A DNA stretch of 64,000 nucleotides from Desulfatiglandales bacterium (GTDB taxonomy: Bacteria > Desulfobacterota > DSM-4660 > Desulfatiglandales > Desulfatiglandaceae): contig OY759599.1 of NCBI GenBank assembly GCA_963662465.1, forward strand, positions 4,352,001 through 4,416,000, in the 5' to 3' direction. Under the pieces are notes generated by a model. The model did no database searches, was not told where the DNA came from, and was given only the letters and a program-made list of their open reading frames with translations. Each line of letters opens with the position of its first letter. Position 1 is the stretch's first letter. The position numbers and the translations under genes were made by a program. This document shows positions 52,138-62,090 of the stretch, in pieces.

Positions 52138-54143
52138 CGCATAAGTCTAAATGTTGTGGGGTTGTATAACCCATCAAAATTAAAAGGCGTTTTCGGTAAA
52201 CAAGAATGCATTATGAACATTCATAACTTGAATCCAAGGTAAGTCAAATGTTTGGCCGTTGGCTAATTCAAAGGGACTTTTATGAGCATTTTTTGCGCCA
52301 GGTAAAAATGGGACAAAATTCCTGATAGTCGCATGTGCTCGAAAGAAAAGACTTGCCCATTTCTTATCTCGAAAACTCTCAATTTGTTTTAGTTTACGTT
52401 TGATTCCTTTTAAATAATTGTCAACAATGGAGGTTGTTTGTTTTATCCCATTTCTATTTTTATGAGAGGTATAATGAGTGGCATTTTCTTTTAATTCTAC
52501 TACCCTCTTTTTTAGTAATGGATGAGAAAATGCATCGTCATCTAATGCCTTAATCTTTACTTCCAAGTTAACTTTAGATGTGGATGTTTTCAAAACTTTC
52601 TTAAATTTTTTATAAAGCTTGTCCACTTCTTGGTCGGTACATTTTGATTCTTTTTGATATTTTGATAGTGCATCGTAGAAGTTTTTCAAACAATGACGAT
52701 GGCAATATCCGACCCAAATGTTATGGAATACGGTCTTGATAGCATTGGTTGAGGCTTTCCACTTATCTTTTGTTACACCAAGGATTTTGAAGTCGATTTT
52801 TTGCAAAAAATCCTCAAATGAACCGCACAGGTTTTCTTCATCAACATGATCAACATAATCGGAGTGCCATACTAATAAATTTTCAGGATCGACCATAACT
52901 ACAGAATAAGTTCTTAAATTTGGTTCTTTTTCAAAGCCCTCATCTTCCTGTAGATATCCTGAGCCTTTCACTCCTGCTCTTGTTAGTATTGTTGCAGGAT
53001 GAAGTGTTCCTGCCCATCGATTCCAGTTCAAGATGGTCTGTTTGCTTTTGACACTTTTTTTGCCAATAATTTTAAGGCTTTCGATGGCTCCTTGAATGCT
53101 CGCATTAAAACGGTACATATTCCGAAATACGTGCCCAATAATCTCTATACCAAAATTCTTTTCCCTTGGGAGAAAGCTGGGAACAAGAGAGAACTTTTGT
53201 TTGCACTTCCGGCATTGTATCATGCGGATTGGGAATGTCTGTTGTTCTCCTCCATTCATTATTGTTTTTCGAGGATTCCCGCGGAAACCAGATAAAATAT
53301 ATTCTTTAGGTCCAGAACATGTTGAATTATGGCCTGTGTGGTGATCATATTTATCGAGTTTATCTAATACTTCAATGCGAAACTTCTTACTATCTTTTAC
53401 GAGAGCATGATAGCTTTCGGTGTTATTATAAGGAAAGATATATGTTTGATTTCCTCGTTTAGAAACAAGGTCTTCCATTTTCTTTTTTACATTTTCGATT
53501 ATGGATTTATCAAAAGATTTTAACATCCCTATCTCAAATGCAATACTGATTGTACTATCACGACTTTTTACATTATTCAATTTTTTAGTAATATTACTTA
53601 TCATTGAACGAATTGAATAAAAGATTCTAATTTTCTGTCGATCCCGTTGTGTTTTTGGAATGCTTTTTTTCCCTTTTATTGGCTTACAAATATCCCATAA
53701 TTGACTTATTAACCTACCAAGTTCATCAATAAGAGCAGACAATGTTACATAAAAATATTGCAATGATTGAAACATCTCCCTTTCATTGATCCATGATCTG
53801 ATGGCATTAATGCATTTCTCAATTTCAAAGAAAATCTCAGGATACTGTTTTGGATCGTAATAACATTGTCTTGCAAGTCTGTTTTGAGCTTTGTCCAACA
53901 TTGTCAAAGCTCTCTTAATATTATTAATCATGTGCAACCTCTCTAATTTAACATAGACTGTTGCACTATGATTATGCACACTTATCAAAAAAAGTCCCTA
54001 ACTTTTTTCCGCTAAGGCGAATTCAGGAAAAAATGTTTGGCCTCACGAAATGCGCTTTGATTAGGATATTGATTCTGAACCGTTTAACAGATGAAATAAT
54101 TTCAATATGTTAGAGTAAACCCCACAACATTTAGACTTATGCG
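52138..54143 (-). mobile_element. 2006-bp IS, copy with TSD
   Basis: Same 26-bp IRs; 8-bp TSD CCTTTTTC at 52130-52137 and 54144-54151. Confidence 0.93.
52180..53988 (-). CDS. Putative Mutator-like transposase
   Basis: Same protein as 38003-39811. Confidence 0.7.
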   Translation of the reverse strand: MISVHNHSATVYVKLERLHMINNIKRALTMLDKAQNRLARQCYYDPKQYPEIFFEIEKCINAIRSWINEREMFQSLQYFYVTLSALIDELGRLISQLWDICKPIKGKKSIPKTQRDRQKIRIFYSIRSMISNITKKLNNVKSRDSTISIAFEIGMLKSFDKSIIENVKKKMEDLVSKRGNQTYIFPYNNTESYHALVKDSKKFRIEVLDKLDKYDHHTGHNSTCSGPKEYILSGFRGNPRKTIMNGGEQQTFPIRMIQCRKCKQKFSLVPSFLPREKNFGIEIIGHVFRNMYRFNASIQGAIESLKIIGKKSVKSKQTILNWNRWAGTLHPATILTRAGVKGSGYLQEDEGFEKEPNLRTYSVVMVDPENLLVWHSDYVDHVDEENLCGSFEDFLQKIDFKILGVTKDKWKASTNAIKTVFHNIWVGYCHRHCLKNFYDALSKYQKESKCTDQEVDKLYKKFKKVLKTSTSKVNLEVKIKALDDDAFSHPLLKKRVVELKENATHYTSHKNRNGIKQTTSIVDNYLKGIKRKLKQIESFRDKKWASLFFRAHATIRNFVPFLPGAKNAHKSPFELANGQTFDLPWIQVMNVHNAFLFTENAF

Positions 54144-54706
54144 CCTTTTTCGAGGCTGCAGTCATTCCTTTATGTTCAAGCTCCCATACTTGCTAGGCCC
54201 CCAGGTTGCACCCACCGCTGGAGATCAACTTCTCCAGGGCGGCCGGGCCGTTTACACCACGCAATGGACATGAGGTTACCCTTCATGAACTGTGGTATCG
54301 CTACACACTCGAATCGAGCAATTAGTATGACGGAACTTTCACCCGCTAGATTAAGGCCTTGTCGGCCGCTACCTAAGACCCCGGTGGCAACCTCAACACT
54401 CGCCATGGCGCATCAAGGTTTGCTGCCTTCCGCTTGCTCCAAAGCGTCGGCTTTCTCCCACATTTGTAGGATTATCCAATGACCACAACTATACATTTTT
54501 CGGGGCTCAATACACGTCCTGGATTCTCGTTCCGTCCAGCTCCATACGCCGGTTACCCGGTTTGCACGTGGACTTCACTACCGAACTGGTGGCTAACCTT
54601 TGCTCGGGTGGGACTTTCGCTTTCCGCGATCACCCACTGGATAACAATAACCAATTTCATCCCGATTTACGCGGGTTCCCAAGGTTTCGGGCTTACCTCG
54701 GCGCGA

Positions 54707-54723
54707 GCAGCGTTTGCTTCGCC
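54707..54723 (-). other. Half attC, 5' exon of the class E-like intron
   Basis: + strand GCAGCGTTTGCTTCGCC versus intact attC arm GCAGCGTTTGGTTCGCA at 58145-58161. Confidence 0.65.
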
Positions 54724-55089
54724 ACTGTGGACGATCCTAAGTATACGGAATTTCGGCGAAAACAACTGCACCTTTCCAGATTGATAATGCCTTATTTTCT
54801 TTGGGAACTCGGTTTGATTTTCGTGTTTCCACGAAATGCCTTAGGATCATATCAATTTCGAATTCCCACCATTAAATGAAAAAAACTTCCTTTTTGATTC
54901 TCCCCCGCACTTCAGGTTGCTTTTATGTTTTTGTCATTCCTTTCTTAGATGCTGGGTACATTCTTACCTACTGGGGACATCCTTTTCTTTGTAAATGGGT
55001 TAGATTATGTCCTAAATTTTGACCGTCCTTATAAGGCAATCGACTGAAATTTCAGTGAAAGATGTCGTCGCAAAAGAGTTGCGCCCATT

Positions 55090-55464
55090 TCAAATAACAG
55101 CTTTAAACTCTATTTTTTCATCTCCAAATGTCGATTCAACCACTTTATGCATCCCATGTCCGGGATTTCGCTCTTTGAAGGTTTTAATCAACTGGTATTT
55201 AGACAATAATTTCAAATCATTATTGAGACTTACAGGTGTACGCTGCATTACCGACATAAGTTCAGAGAATATGACTTTTTTCTTTTTCCTCAAATATTGG
55301 ATCAGCTTGGTTCTCTCTGGTTTTAGTATGGCCATTAAGTCTGAAGGAGCAACCCATATTATATTTTTTGGAGTTAATTTACGGCCCTCATCAATTTCTT
55401 TTGCTGTTTCTTTTGCTGAAACAAAAAAATCAGAAAGATCCCCTGTCTTTATCTCGAGCGTCAT
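55090..55464 (-). CDS. HTH antitoxin-like protein (HVO_A0114-like)
   Basis: DLMAILKPERTKLI...SEL...R...SLNNDLKLL, NPGHG; coupled to the upstream gene. Confidence 0.65.
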   Translation of the reverse strand: MTLEIKTGDLSDFFVSAKETAKEIDEGRKLTPKNIIWVAPSDLMAILKPERTKLIQYLRKKKKVIFSELMSVMQRTPVSLNNDLKLLSKYQLIKTFKERNPGHGMHKVVESTFGDEKIEFKAVI

Positions 55465-55778
55465 TTTATGAACTCCCTTACTTCTTTTTCAAATCTTTCT
55501 ACAAGTTCCCGATAACTTATAAATTTTTCAACCTCAGATATTTCTCCAAAGTAGTGCTTATGGTGGAAATTATGAGTATTGTCATAGCCTAAAACCCTGC
55601 CATTATCTCCAGAGAAAATAAGATGATTGATATAGGCCATGCTGTATTTTACTATTTCGCCCTGTTCATTCTCCCATGCATCAATTTTGACAAGTCCTCC
55701 CCCTCTTTTGGGATTTATGGAGAATTGTTCAGATACAACTTTTTTGAACTTGGTTTTGCCCGTTCGTTTGGATTTCAT
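55461..55778 (-). CDS. DUF6516/TumE-like putative toxin
   Basis: KYSMAY, RVLGYDNTH..HHKH. Confidence 0.65.
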   Translation of the reverse strand: MKSKRTGKTKFKKVVSEQFSINPKRGGGLVKIDAWENEQGEIVKYSMAYINHLIFSGDNGRVLGYDNTHNFHHKHYFGEISEVEKFISYRELVERFEKEVREFIK

Positions 55779-55849
55779 TTAATCATACTATCAGACATCA
55801 AAGTAGTTGTAAATCTGCACTTACGACTATTCTTGAGGTATTCATTGGG

Positions 55850-58075
55850 GTCGAGTAGCCAGGGGATGTTGCCATCCCCCAGCCCTCTAAGAACCGTGCG
55901 TGCGCCGTTAAACGCACACGGCTCAAGCATTCCAAAGGCAAGCCCTTTCGGGGCTACCCGGTTGTGACGTTTTATGCTCTTTACGCCTGTCTGCCTTCTG
56001 CTGACTGCGTTGGGCATATCGTTTCCTGAAATAGTGTTCATATTTCGGATCGAAGGGGTTCGCATCCCCTCGAATTTTGACATGGCGTTTTATCTTGACG
56101 TCGTAAGCTTTCTCAAGTTCAATTCTAGCGGATTTCGCATAGCCGTCCTTGATCACCGCTGAAAAGGACCACGGACGAGATCCTTTTGACCAGTATTTAT
56201 CCACCAGCCAACTCTTACTCTTGCCCGAATGTTTCCTCCTCATCCATTGCCAAATATAGCTGTAGATACGGTGATCTACAAGCCCGAAAGTTCTACCGGA
56301 AACCACATGCCTGTGGTAATTGGCCCATCCCCTGATTTTGGGATTGAGCACTTTAATCAGGGTGTCGGCTCTTGATGCCGCATGCTTTCGGATCGTTTGC
56401 CGGATATTGCCTAAGAAGGCTTTCACGTTTTTACGAGAGGGCTTTATCAAGAGCTTCCCCTGGTATTTGCGTGGATTCTGTCCGAGAAAATCAAATCCTT
56501 CTTCTATCCTTGTGATCAACGTCTTTTCCGCTGAAAGCGAAAGTCCTCTTCGCTCCATAAATGCTTCAATTTCCAGCTTGATCTCATTTAGCATCTCTCT
56601 GGAATTCCCGGTGATGATGAAATCATCAGCGTAACGGATTACGTTTATCTTGGACCGTATATTGCCCTGGATTCTTATCGGGGCGGTACTTTTGGCTGCC
56701 GCTTCCAGACCATCCAGGACCATATTAGCCAATGTTGGAGAGATAATCCCGCCTTGCGGGGTTCCTCTGTAAGTCGGATAGAGCTTGCCTCCTTCCACAT
56801 AACCGGATTTCAGCCATTTCTGAAGCGTCCGTTTATCCATGGGGATATTTTCGAGCATCCATTGATGGCTGATTTCGTCAAAACAGGCCTTTATGTCTCC
56901 CTCCAAAATCCATGCGGGTGAGTAGCTCTTGGCCAGAGAAATAAAACAATGACCGATGGCATCCGCACATCCTCGATAGGCTCTGAACCCATAAGAGTTC
57001 GGATCGGCGGTGGTTTCCGCCACCGGATCAAGGGCCAGTTTGTGCAACGCCTGCATGGCTCTGTCTTTCATGGTGGGAATGCCCAATGGGCGTTTCTTGC
57101 CGTTTTTCTTGGGTATGTAAATTCGGCGCAGCGGTTTGGGTCGGTAAGTTCTTCGGTGCAGGTCTTTTGCCGCCTGCATTTTGTCAATGTGGGTGGACCA
57201 TATAACTTTATCCACTCCCGGCGTGCGTTTACCTCGGTTGGAAGTAACGCGCTTGATGGCCAACAACTTGGCATAAAACGAATGGGTCAAAAGCCATTGT
57301 ATTGCCTTAACCTTTCCCCATCGCTTTTCCTTCACAGCCTTTGCGATACGCACCTGCAGTCTTCTAACGTGCTCGCCGGCGGTTCTCCAGTTTATGGATT
57401 TCCACCAGTTTGTTCCGTCCAAAGGTGCACCAGTCGCCAAAATGGCCACCGTCATTTGCTTTCCCCTGTTTGAAGATTCTACAAATTATCTCGCAATGGA
57501 ACACCGGTCAGAAGTCTGCTCTCTTTCGAGCCGGATCATGTAGGTGATTACACCGTCAATCCGTATCCCCATCATTACAACGGGGCATTTGCTTTTTTCT
57601 GACATCCTTTACCCGCAACCCCATGGGCTCACCTTGCGGTTCGCTTTCCCCGTGGGGAGGATTACGGGCTTACCATGTTCCGCGTAAGTACCCGAGCAGG
57701 TTAGGTTCCGCCCGTACGCCGGTGGCACGACATCCGCGATGGAGGAGTTCGCAGCCCCCATACCTGGCCACATACCGTTTGGTCCAAGCCTTTCAGCATC
57801 TTAGGCTTGTTCTCGTGACGACGCTGCAGCGATTCACATGTGTTAACCATACTGCTCAATTCTAGCTCCCTTACCGCATGATGCTTGCAGAGTTGAGGTC
57901 TCCTCACGGTTCCCTCTCCCGGAAGATTCCGCGGGCTTCATTGTCCCGAGAGCTTCACACCCCCGGATTACTCCGGACGCATGTCCCGGTAGAATACCTG
58001 TTGCAGAAAACAGGGTTTTGTTATATGGTTTATATCAATATACAAAACAGCTACTTACGCGACATCACGTCGCAC
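55850..58075 (-). mobile_element. Complete group II intron (CL-like), 2226 nt
   Basis: 5' GTGCGACG; DV GAGCCGTGTGCGTTTAACGGCGCACGCACGGTTC; DVI ending CTACTCGAC. Confidence 0.92.
55923..57455 (-). CDS. ltrA: Group II intron reverse transcriptase/maturase, no HNH domain evident
   Basis: WKSINW N-terminal domain, RPLGIPT, GDIKACFD, GTPQGG, RYADD, GFDFLG, IRGWANY. Confidence 0.93.
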   Translation of the reverse strand: MTVAILATGAPLDGTNWWKSINWRTAGEHVRRLQVRIAKAVKEKRWGKVKAIQWLLTHSFYAKLLAIKRVTSNRGKRTPGVDKVIWSTHIDKMQAAKDLHRRTYRPKPLRRIYIPKKNGKKRPLGIPTMKDRAMQALHKLALDPVAETTADPNSYGFRAYRGCADAIGHCFISLAKSYSPAWILEGDIKACFDEISHQWMLENIPMDKRTLQKWLKSGYVEGGKLYPTYRGTPQGGIISPTLANMVLDGLEAAAKSTAPIRIQGNIRSKINVIRYADDFIITGNSREMLNEIKLEIEAFMERRGLSLSAEKTLITRIEEGFDFLGQNPRKYQGKLLIKPSRKNVKAFLGNIRQTIRKHAASRADTLIKVLNPKIRGWANYHRHVVSGRTFGLVDHRIYSYIWQWMRRKHSGKSKSWLVDKYWSKGSRPWSFSAVIKDGYAKSARIELEKAYDVKIKRHVKIRGDANPFDPKYEHYFRKRYAQRSQQKADRRKEHKTSQPGSPERACLWNA

Positions 58076-58161
58076 GCGAACGACAAGCTCACCAGCGCCT
58101 CCTCCGGGCCCCCGCCGGAACCGCCCAAGTATCAGGCGTCTGGTGCAGCGTTTGGTTCGCA
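58076..58161 (-). other. attC site; R' box split by the intron
   Basis: + strand GCGAAC-gaca-AGCTCACCAG-CGCC ... GGCG-t-CTGGTG(C)AGCG-tttg-GTTCGCA. Confidence 0.8.
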
Positions 58162-58582
58162 ATTCCAACGGCATATATGAGTAGTGCGGGCTTTATTCAA
58201 AGCCAACAATCGATTTATGAAGGCATAAAAACGCTTATGGCTTCTTCACTGGCGTGCCTTCAGTGTGGTCCCCTTAGTTTCTACGATTACTTAAAAGCAT
58301 GTTTTTGGCTTCAAAAAGGTGCTTCTAAGAATTAAAAACACCGTTTTTTTTAAGTCAAACTAATGAATTCATGTCTATCTTCTTGGTCCGACCCCAGATC
58401 TCAATTTCCGTTCCCTTTTGTCGCAAATGTCTTTTCCATCCCTATCCGGTTCCTGCACACAATGGGCCGTTGTACCAGCGAGATCTCAACTATCGTCAGT
58501 GATTTAAATCTCAACCTATGACAACACCTGTTTTTCACGCCGATGCTTTCGAAATGTCGCGAAAAAGACGTATAATGCTGAA

Positions 58583-59992
58583 TTATCGGGGAACCACAGT
58601 TACACTCGGCTGTAATTTTATGGACCCACCACCTGTGGATACAGGACTGTAAATCTGGCTCGTTCCGTTGTGATCTGCGAAAGAATTTTTCCATCCGCCG
58701 CTGATGGTAACCATTCCAGCCTTTTTCCAATCAGGAGCTTCTGAATAAGTACCATCTGCGACCTTGATAAGTGAACCATCTTCAGCCGCTTCTAGAGCAA
58801 GATTAATCGTTTGATAGCAAGGTTCTTGACCACATTGTCCATGGTTATCGACATACAATAATGTTCCGGATTGTTTAGTACGAACTGGCCACACGTAGTA
58901 GTCATCGGACTTATCGTGGTCGTTCACGATGCCGTAGTCCATGATCACGACCCACGCGGCGTCGGTATGGTGCGCATTGGTAGTGGACGACCAGTAGTCT
59001 CCAGACTGAACATTTGCAAAGGGATGGCCCGCCGGTAGCGCAAGGGAATATTGAGAGAAATCCGTCAGGCTGAGAAGCTCCTTCCGGTTTGGCAATCGCC
59101 AGTCCGTGTAGCCGGCCGCATAGTCCCCGCATGTATAGCTCCCCGGATTGACGTTCAAGTCTGCCACCTTGGCCAAGGCGGTCTGCCAGGACATAGACCC
59201 AAAACAGTTGGCATCCTTGAGCCACATCAGTCCCGTCAGGTTGTCCGTCACCGTACCGTCCCCATTGTCGGCAAGCCGGGGGTCGGGCCAGCCCACGCCT
59301 CTTTGCAAAGCGCCGTCATCTCCGACTCCATAGCTCTGGGTCTGCCCGGTTTTCCACACGGCTGCCAGCGGGATTTTTGCGGCGCGAACCGCCCATACAT
59401 AGCTGCTGATGGACTTATTGTAGCCCTCCATGAACCCGTTGGCCATGTATATGCCCCACGCGTACCCGGTATCGTTTGCGTAGGTAGTTGATGACCAGTA
59501 ACTGAAAGACTGAACGTCCGAAAAACCGCTCAAATTCAACCAACTTCCCGAATCGTCAACTGCCGCGTTGTATAGGCTTTGCAATTCATTGACATTGGGA
59601 AGTGCCCAGTCTGAATAAGTCCCTGTGTAGCCGCCGCATGTATAACTCCCCGGATTGGCGTTCAAGTCTGTCACTTTGTCCAGGGCGGCCTGCCAGGTCA
59701 GAGACCCAAGACAATCGGCGTCTTTGAGCCACATCAATCCACTCAAATTATCGGTAATCGTCCCATCGCCATTGTCCGTGAAGCGAGGATTGGGCCAGGC
59801 CGCACCTGCTTGAATATCTCCATCTTGGCCGGTTCCGGCGCAAGGAATTACGTTGCCCCCCTCATCGTAGCATGTGATTTGGCCTGTTTTCGGAAGATCT
59901 ACCGTGCCTGCAAATAAAGTGTTCGCAGTCAGAAACAATGAACCCATGGCTAACATCACCAACACAAAAAACCTTAACTCTTTTCTCATCAC
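58583..59992 (-). CDS. Secreted protein with tandem DUF1566 (Lcl-type C-lectin fold) domains
   Basis: GGAGG RBS, signal peptide, two copies of KTGQ...DNGDGTxTDNLxGLMW...W.LPN..EL...YWSSTT...VW.VR. Confidence 0.88.
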   Translation of the reverse strand: MMRKELRFFVLVMLAMGSLFLTANTLFAGTVDLPKTGQITCYDEGGNVIPCAGTGQDGDIQAGAAWPNPRFTDNGDGTITDNLSGLMWLKDADCLGSLTWQAALDKVTDLNANPGSYTCGGYTGTYSDWALPNVNELQSLYNAAVDDSGSWLNLSGFSDVQSFSYWSSTTYANDTGYAWGIYMANGFMEGYNKSISSYVWAVRAAKIPLAAVWKTGQTQSYGVGDDGALQRGVGWPDPRLADNGDGTVTDNLTGLMWLKDANCFGSMSWQTALAKVADLNVNPGSYTCGDYAAGYTDWRLPNRKELLSLTDFSQYSLALPAGHPFANVQSGDYWSSTTNAHHTDAAWVVIMDYGIVNDHDKSDDYYVWPVRTKQSGTLLYVDNHGQCGQEPCYQTINLALEAAEDGSLIKVADGTYSEAPDWKKAGMVTISGGWKNSFADHNGTSQIYSPVSTGGGSIKLQPSVTVVPR

Positions 59993-60350
59993 ATTAGTAC
60001 CTCCTTGTCAAAATTTGAACGGATTATCAAAAAAATAGAAATCGTATATGTGCACTGGCGCAAGAAAAAACGGACAAAAAAAAATCCTAATTCCCCTACA
60101 CCTCCTGAAGGTGAACATCAGCAGGGGTGACCCCACCCAGTGTCGGCCGGGGAAACTGGAAATTACTCAAGTGAACCGTTTCCCCTAATGCCAGGTGGAC
60201 GCGTTCAACATATGCCTTATGGGAAGCTGCATATATTAGAGCATCAAAACCTTATCATTTGCCTATGGTGCCAAACATGTGAGCCTGCCATTTTGTTTCC
60301 TCTTGTCTCCTAAGAAGACAGCATAAAACCTGACGCAATGTCCTCTTGCA

Positions 60351-60481
60351 CGCGAACGTTTAGTTAACTGGAAAACGGGTTCAAAAAAATATATTATCAT
60401 TCCAGCTGGTGACTTCGTAGGAACCAACGCATTTCGGTTTATCTCCCAATACCAGTTTTCCAGTTCAACGGGGTGTTGGAC
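60351..60481 (-). other. attC site of IS91-like cassette copy 1
   Basis: Minus strand GTCCAAC ... GTT(G)AACTGGAAAAC ... GTTTTCCAGTTAAC ... GTTCGCG. Confidence 0.8.
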
Positions 60482-60722
60482 AGAGCCGCGGGTCATCAGC
60501 ACATACTTTGCCGGAAGCAGGAGATCGGCTATGGAGATTAAGGGAGCTTCTCAGCTGTCGCGTGACCTCTTTTTAACCCGTCATGGCCGGTTAAGGATGA
60601 TAAAATTCCTGCTTTCAATTGCATGATCCGTCAAAAACCCTGAAATATCGCGTTATTTATCCCTTTACCAAACGCCTCGCCATTCAAGTGCCTTTTTGAA
60701 TATGCTCATGTTTATTATCGTT

Positions 60723-61922
60723 TTACGCTGCCTGTGCATATACCGTATCCGGGTCCTTATTGAACCTCGGAAGACTTTTTGACTTTCTTACCGGTGCAAC
60801 TATTTTCAACGTAATAAGACGTTTCCCGCAAACTGGGCAACAATCCGGTTGCTCGTCGCTTCGCTGCTGCCACAGACTCTGCCAGTCCAGAAATTCCGTA
60901 TCTTCAAGTGCCGGTTGTCCCAGTATTTCCCGGCAGCGTGCCAGTTCTTTTTTTGCGTTGTGATGGTAAAGGCCGTATGAACGCACCATCATGGAATTCG
61001 CCAGGGGAACGTGTTGCAGGTAGCGGCCGATAAAGGTTTGAATCGGCAAGGTAATGAGTCTTACCCGCTCACGACCGTAATTGAAGGTGACGTTTCCGTT
61101 TTCAATGCGGAAGATGCGTTTATTTGAGATCGGTCCGCCTCTCAGATACCGGGCCAGGTAAATTAAGACCCCTTCTCCGTATGAATAGGTCTCCTTGAGT
61201 TTAACGTTCCACTTCTTACGGCGCCCCAACTTATTAAACAGGTTTCGCGCCTGCTGCGGTCCCATGCCTTCGGGCAGAATCAGTTCTTCACGGGCAAGGG
61301 CTTTTCTCAAATAGTGGAGATATTTTCCTCGAAAAACCGCCCGGACAATGCCAAACGGCAGAAGAAACGTTTTTGATGAAGCAATCCACTCGCCGGCGGA
61401 CAGACCACCGGCCGTCACCAAACAATGCAAATGGGGATGAAAATCCAATTTTCGGCTCCAGGTATGCAACGAGGCAATGATGCCGACTTTGGCCCCCAAA
61501 TGCTTCGGGTCTCCAAGGAGTTCGGAAAGGGTCTCGGTCGCGCTTTTGAACAGCAGATTAGCCATGACTTTACGGTTCAGCCGCCATAAGTCATGCAATT
61601 CATCGGAGATGGTGAAAATAACGTGGAAATGCTCGGCACTCAGGAGTCGGGCCTTTTGTTTCGCCAGCCACCGCTCAACCTGGGTGAAGGCGCAGAGTGG
61701 GCACATACGGTGTTTACACGAGTTATACCAGACCCTCTGGAAGTGACCATCCGGACATGCCTGGACGTGCCCCCCCAGAATGGACGTGCGGCAGGACATC
61801 AGACGATGAGCCGCCTCACGAATATGTTCCGGAAGACAATGCGTCTGATTATAGAGGGCATAGCCAAGAAGAAAGATGCCCTGAATCGTCGTTTCCACTG
61901 CGATTTCACCTATTTCTACCAA
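60723..61922 (-). CDS. IS91-family (Y2 HUH) transposase with N-terminal Zn-binding domain
   Basis: CRT..LGG, YNSCKHRMCPLC, HVIFT, LHTW...FHPHLHCLVTAGG, YLARYLRGGPIS. Confidence 0.9.
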   Translation of the reverse strand: MVEIGEIAVETTIQGIFLLGYALYNQTHCLPEHIREAAHRLMSCRTSILGGHVQACPDGHFQRVWYNSCKHRMCPLCAFTQVERWLAKQKARLLSAEHFHVIFTISDELHDLWRLNRKVMANLLFKSATETLSELLGDPKHLGAKVGIIASLHTWSRKLDFHPHLHCLVTAGGLSAGEWIASSKTFLLPFGIVRAVFRGKYLHYLRKALAREELILPEGMGPQQARNLFNKLGRRKKWNVKLKETYSYGEGVLIYLARYLRGGPISNKRIFRIENGNVTFNYGRERVRLITLPIQTFIGRYLQHVPLANSMMVRSYGLYHHNAKKELARCREILGQPALEDTEFLDWQSLWQQRSDEQPDCCPVCGKRLITLKIVAPVRKSKSLPRFNKDPDTVYAQAA

Positions 61923-61959
61923 TTTTCGACGTTAAGTTCCCCCGCTGTCCAGCGGGTCT

Positions 61960-62090
61960 GTCCAACGTTTAGTTAACTGGAAAACGGGTTCAAAAAAATA
62001 TATTATCATTCCAGCTGGTGACTTCGTAGGAACCAACGCATTTCGGTTTATCTCCCAATACCAGTTTTCCAGTTCAACGGGGTGTTGGAC
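61960..62090 (-). other. attC site of IS91-like cassette copy 2
   Basis: Perfect GTCCAAC (RYYYAAC) / GTTGGAC (GTTRRRY) pair. Confidence 0.85.

Larger units (their letters stand above)
51434..54373 (-). mobile_element. ORF-less group II intron (about 926 nt net) nested in another intron
   Basis: DV AACCGGACTCGGGAAATCCGACCGTCCGGGAT, long DVI ending CTACCCGAC, 5' end GGTAGCGGCC; no long ORF apart from the inserted IS. Confidence 0.8.
50524..54706 (-). mobile_element. 3'-truncated group II intron (class E-like RT) inserted in an attC
   Basis: 5' end TCGCGCC follows attC L box CGCTGC; RT N-terminus; hosts a nested intron at CCCTGGTC|TAAGACC. Confidence 0.75.

Noticed and set aside
55923..57455. 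RT as a DGR or retron enzyme serving the nearby DUF1566 gene
   Set aside because: It has YADD and a maturase domain and lies within complete group II intron boundaries; no template repeat was found nearby.
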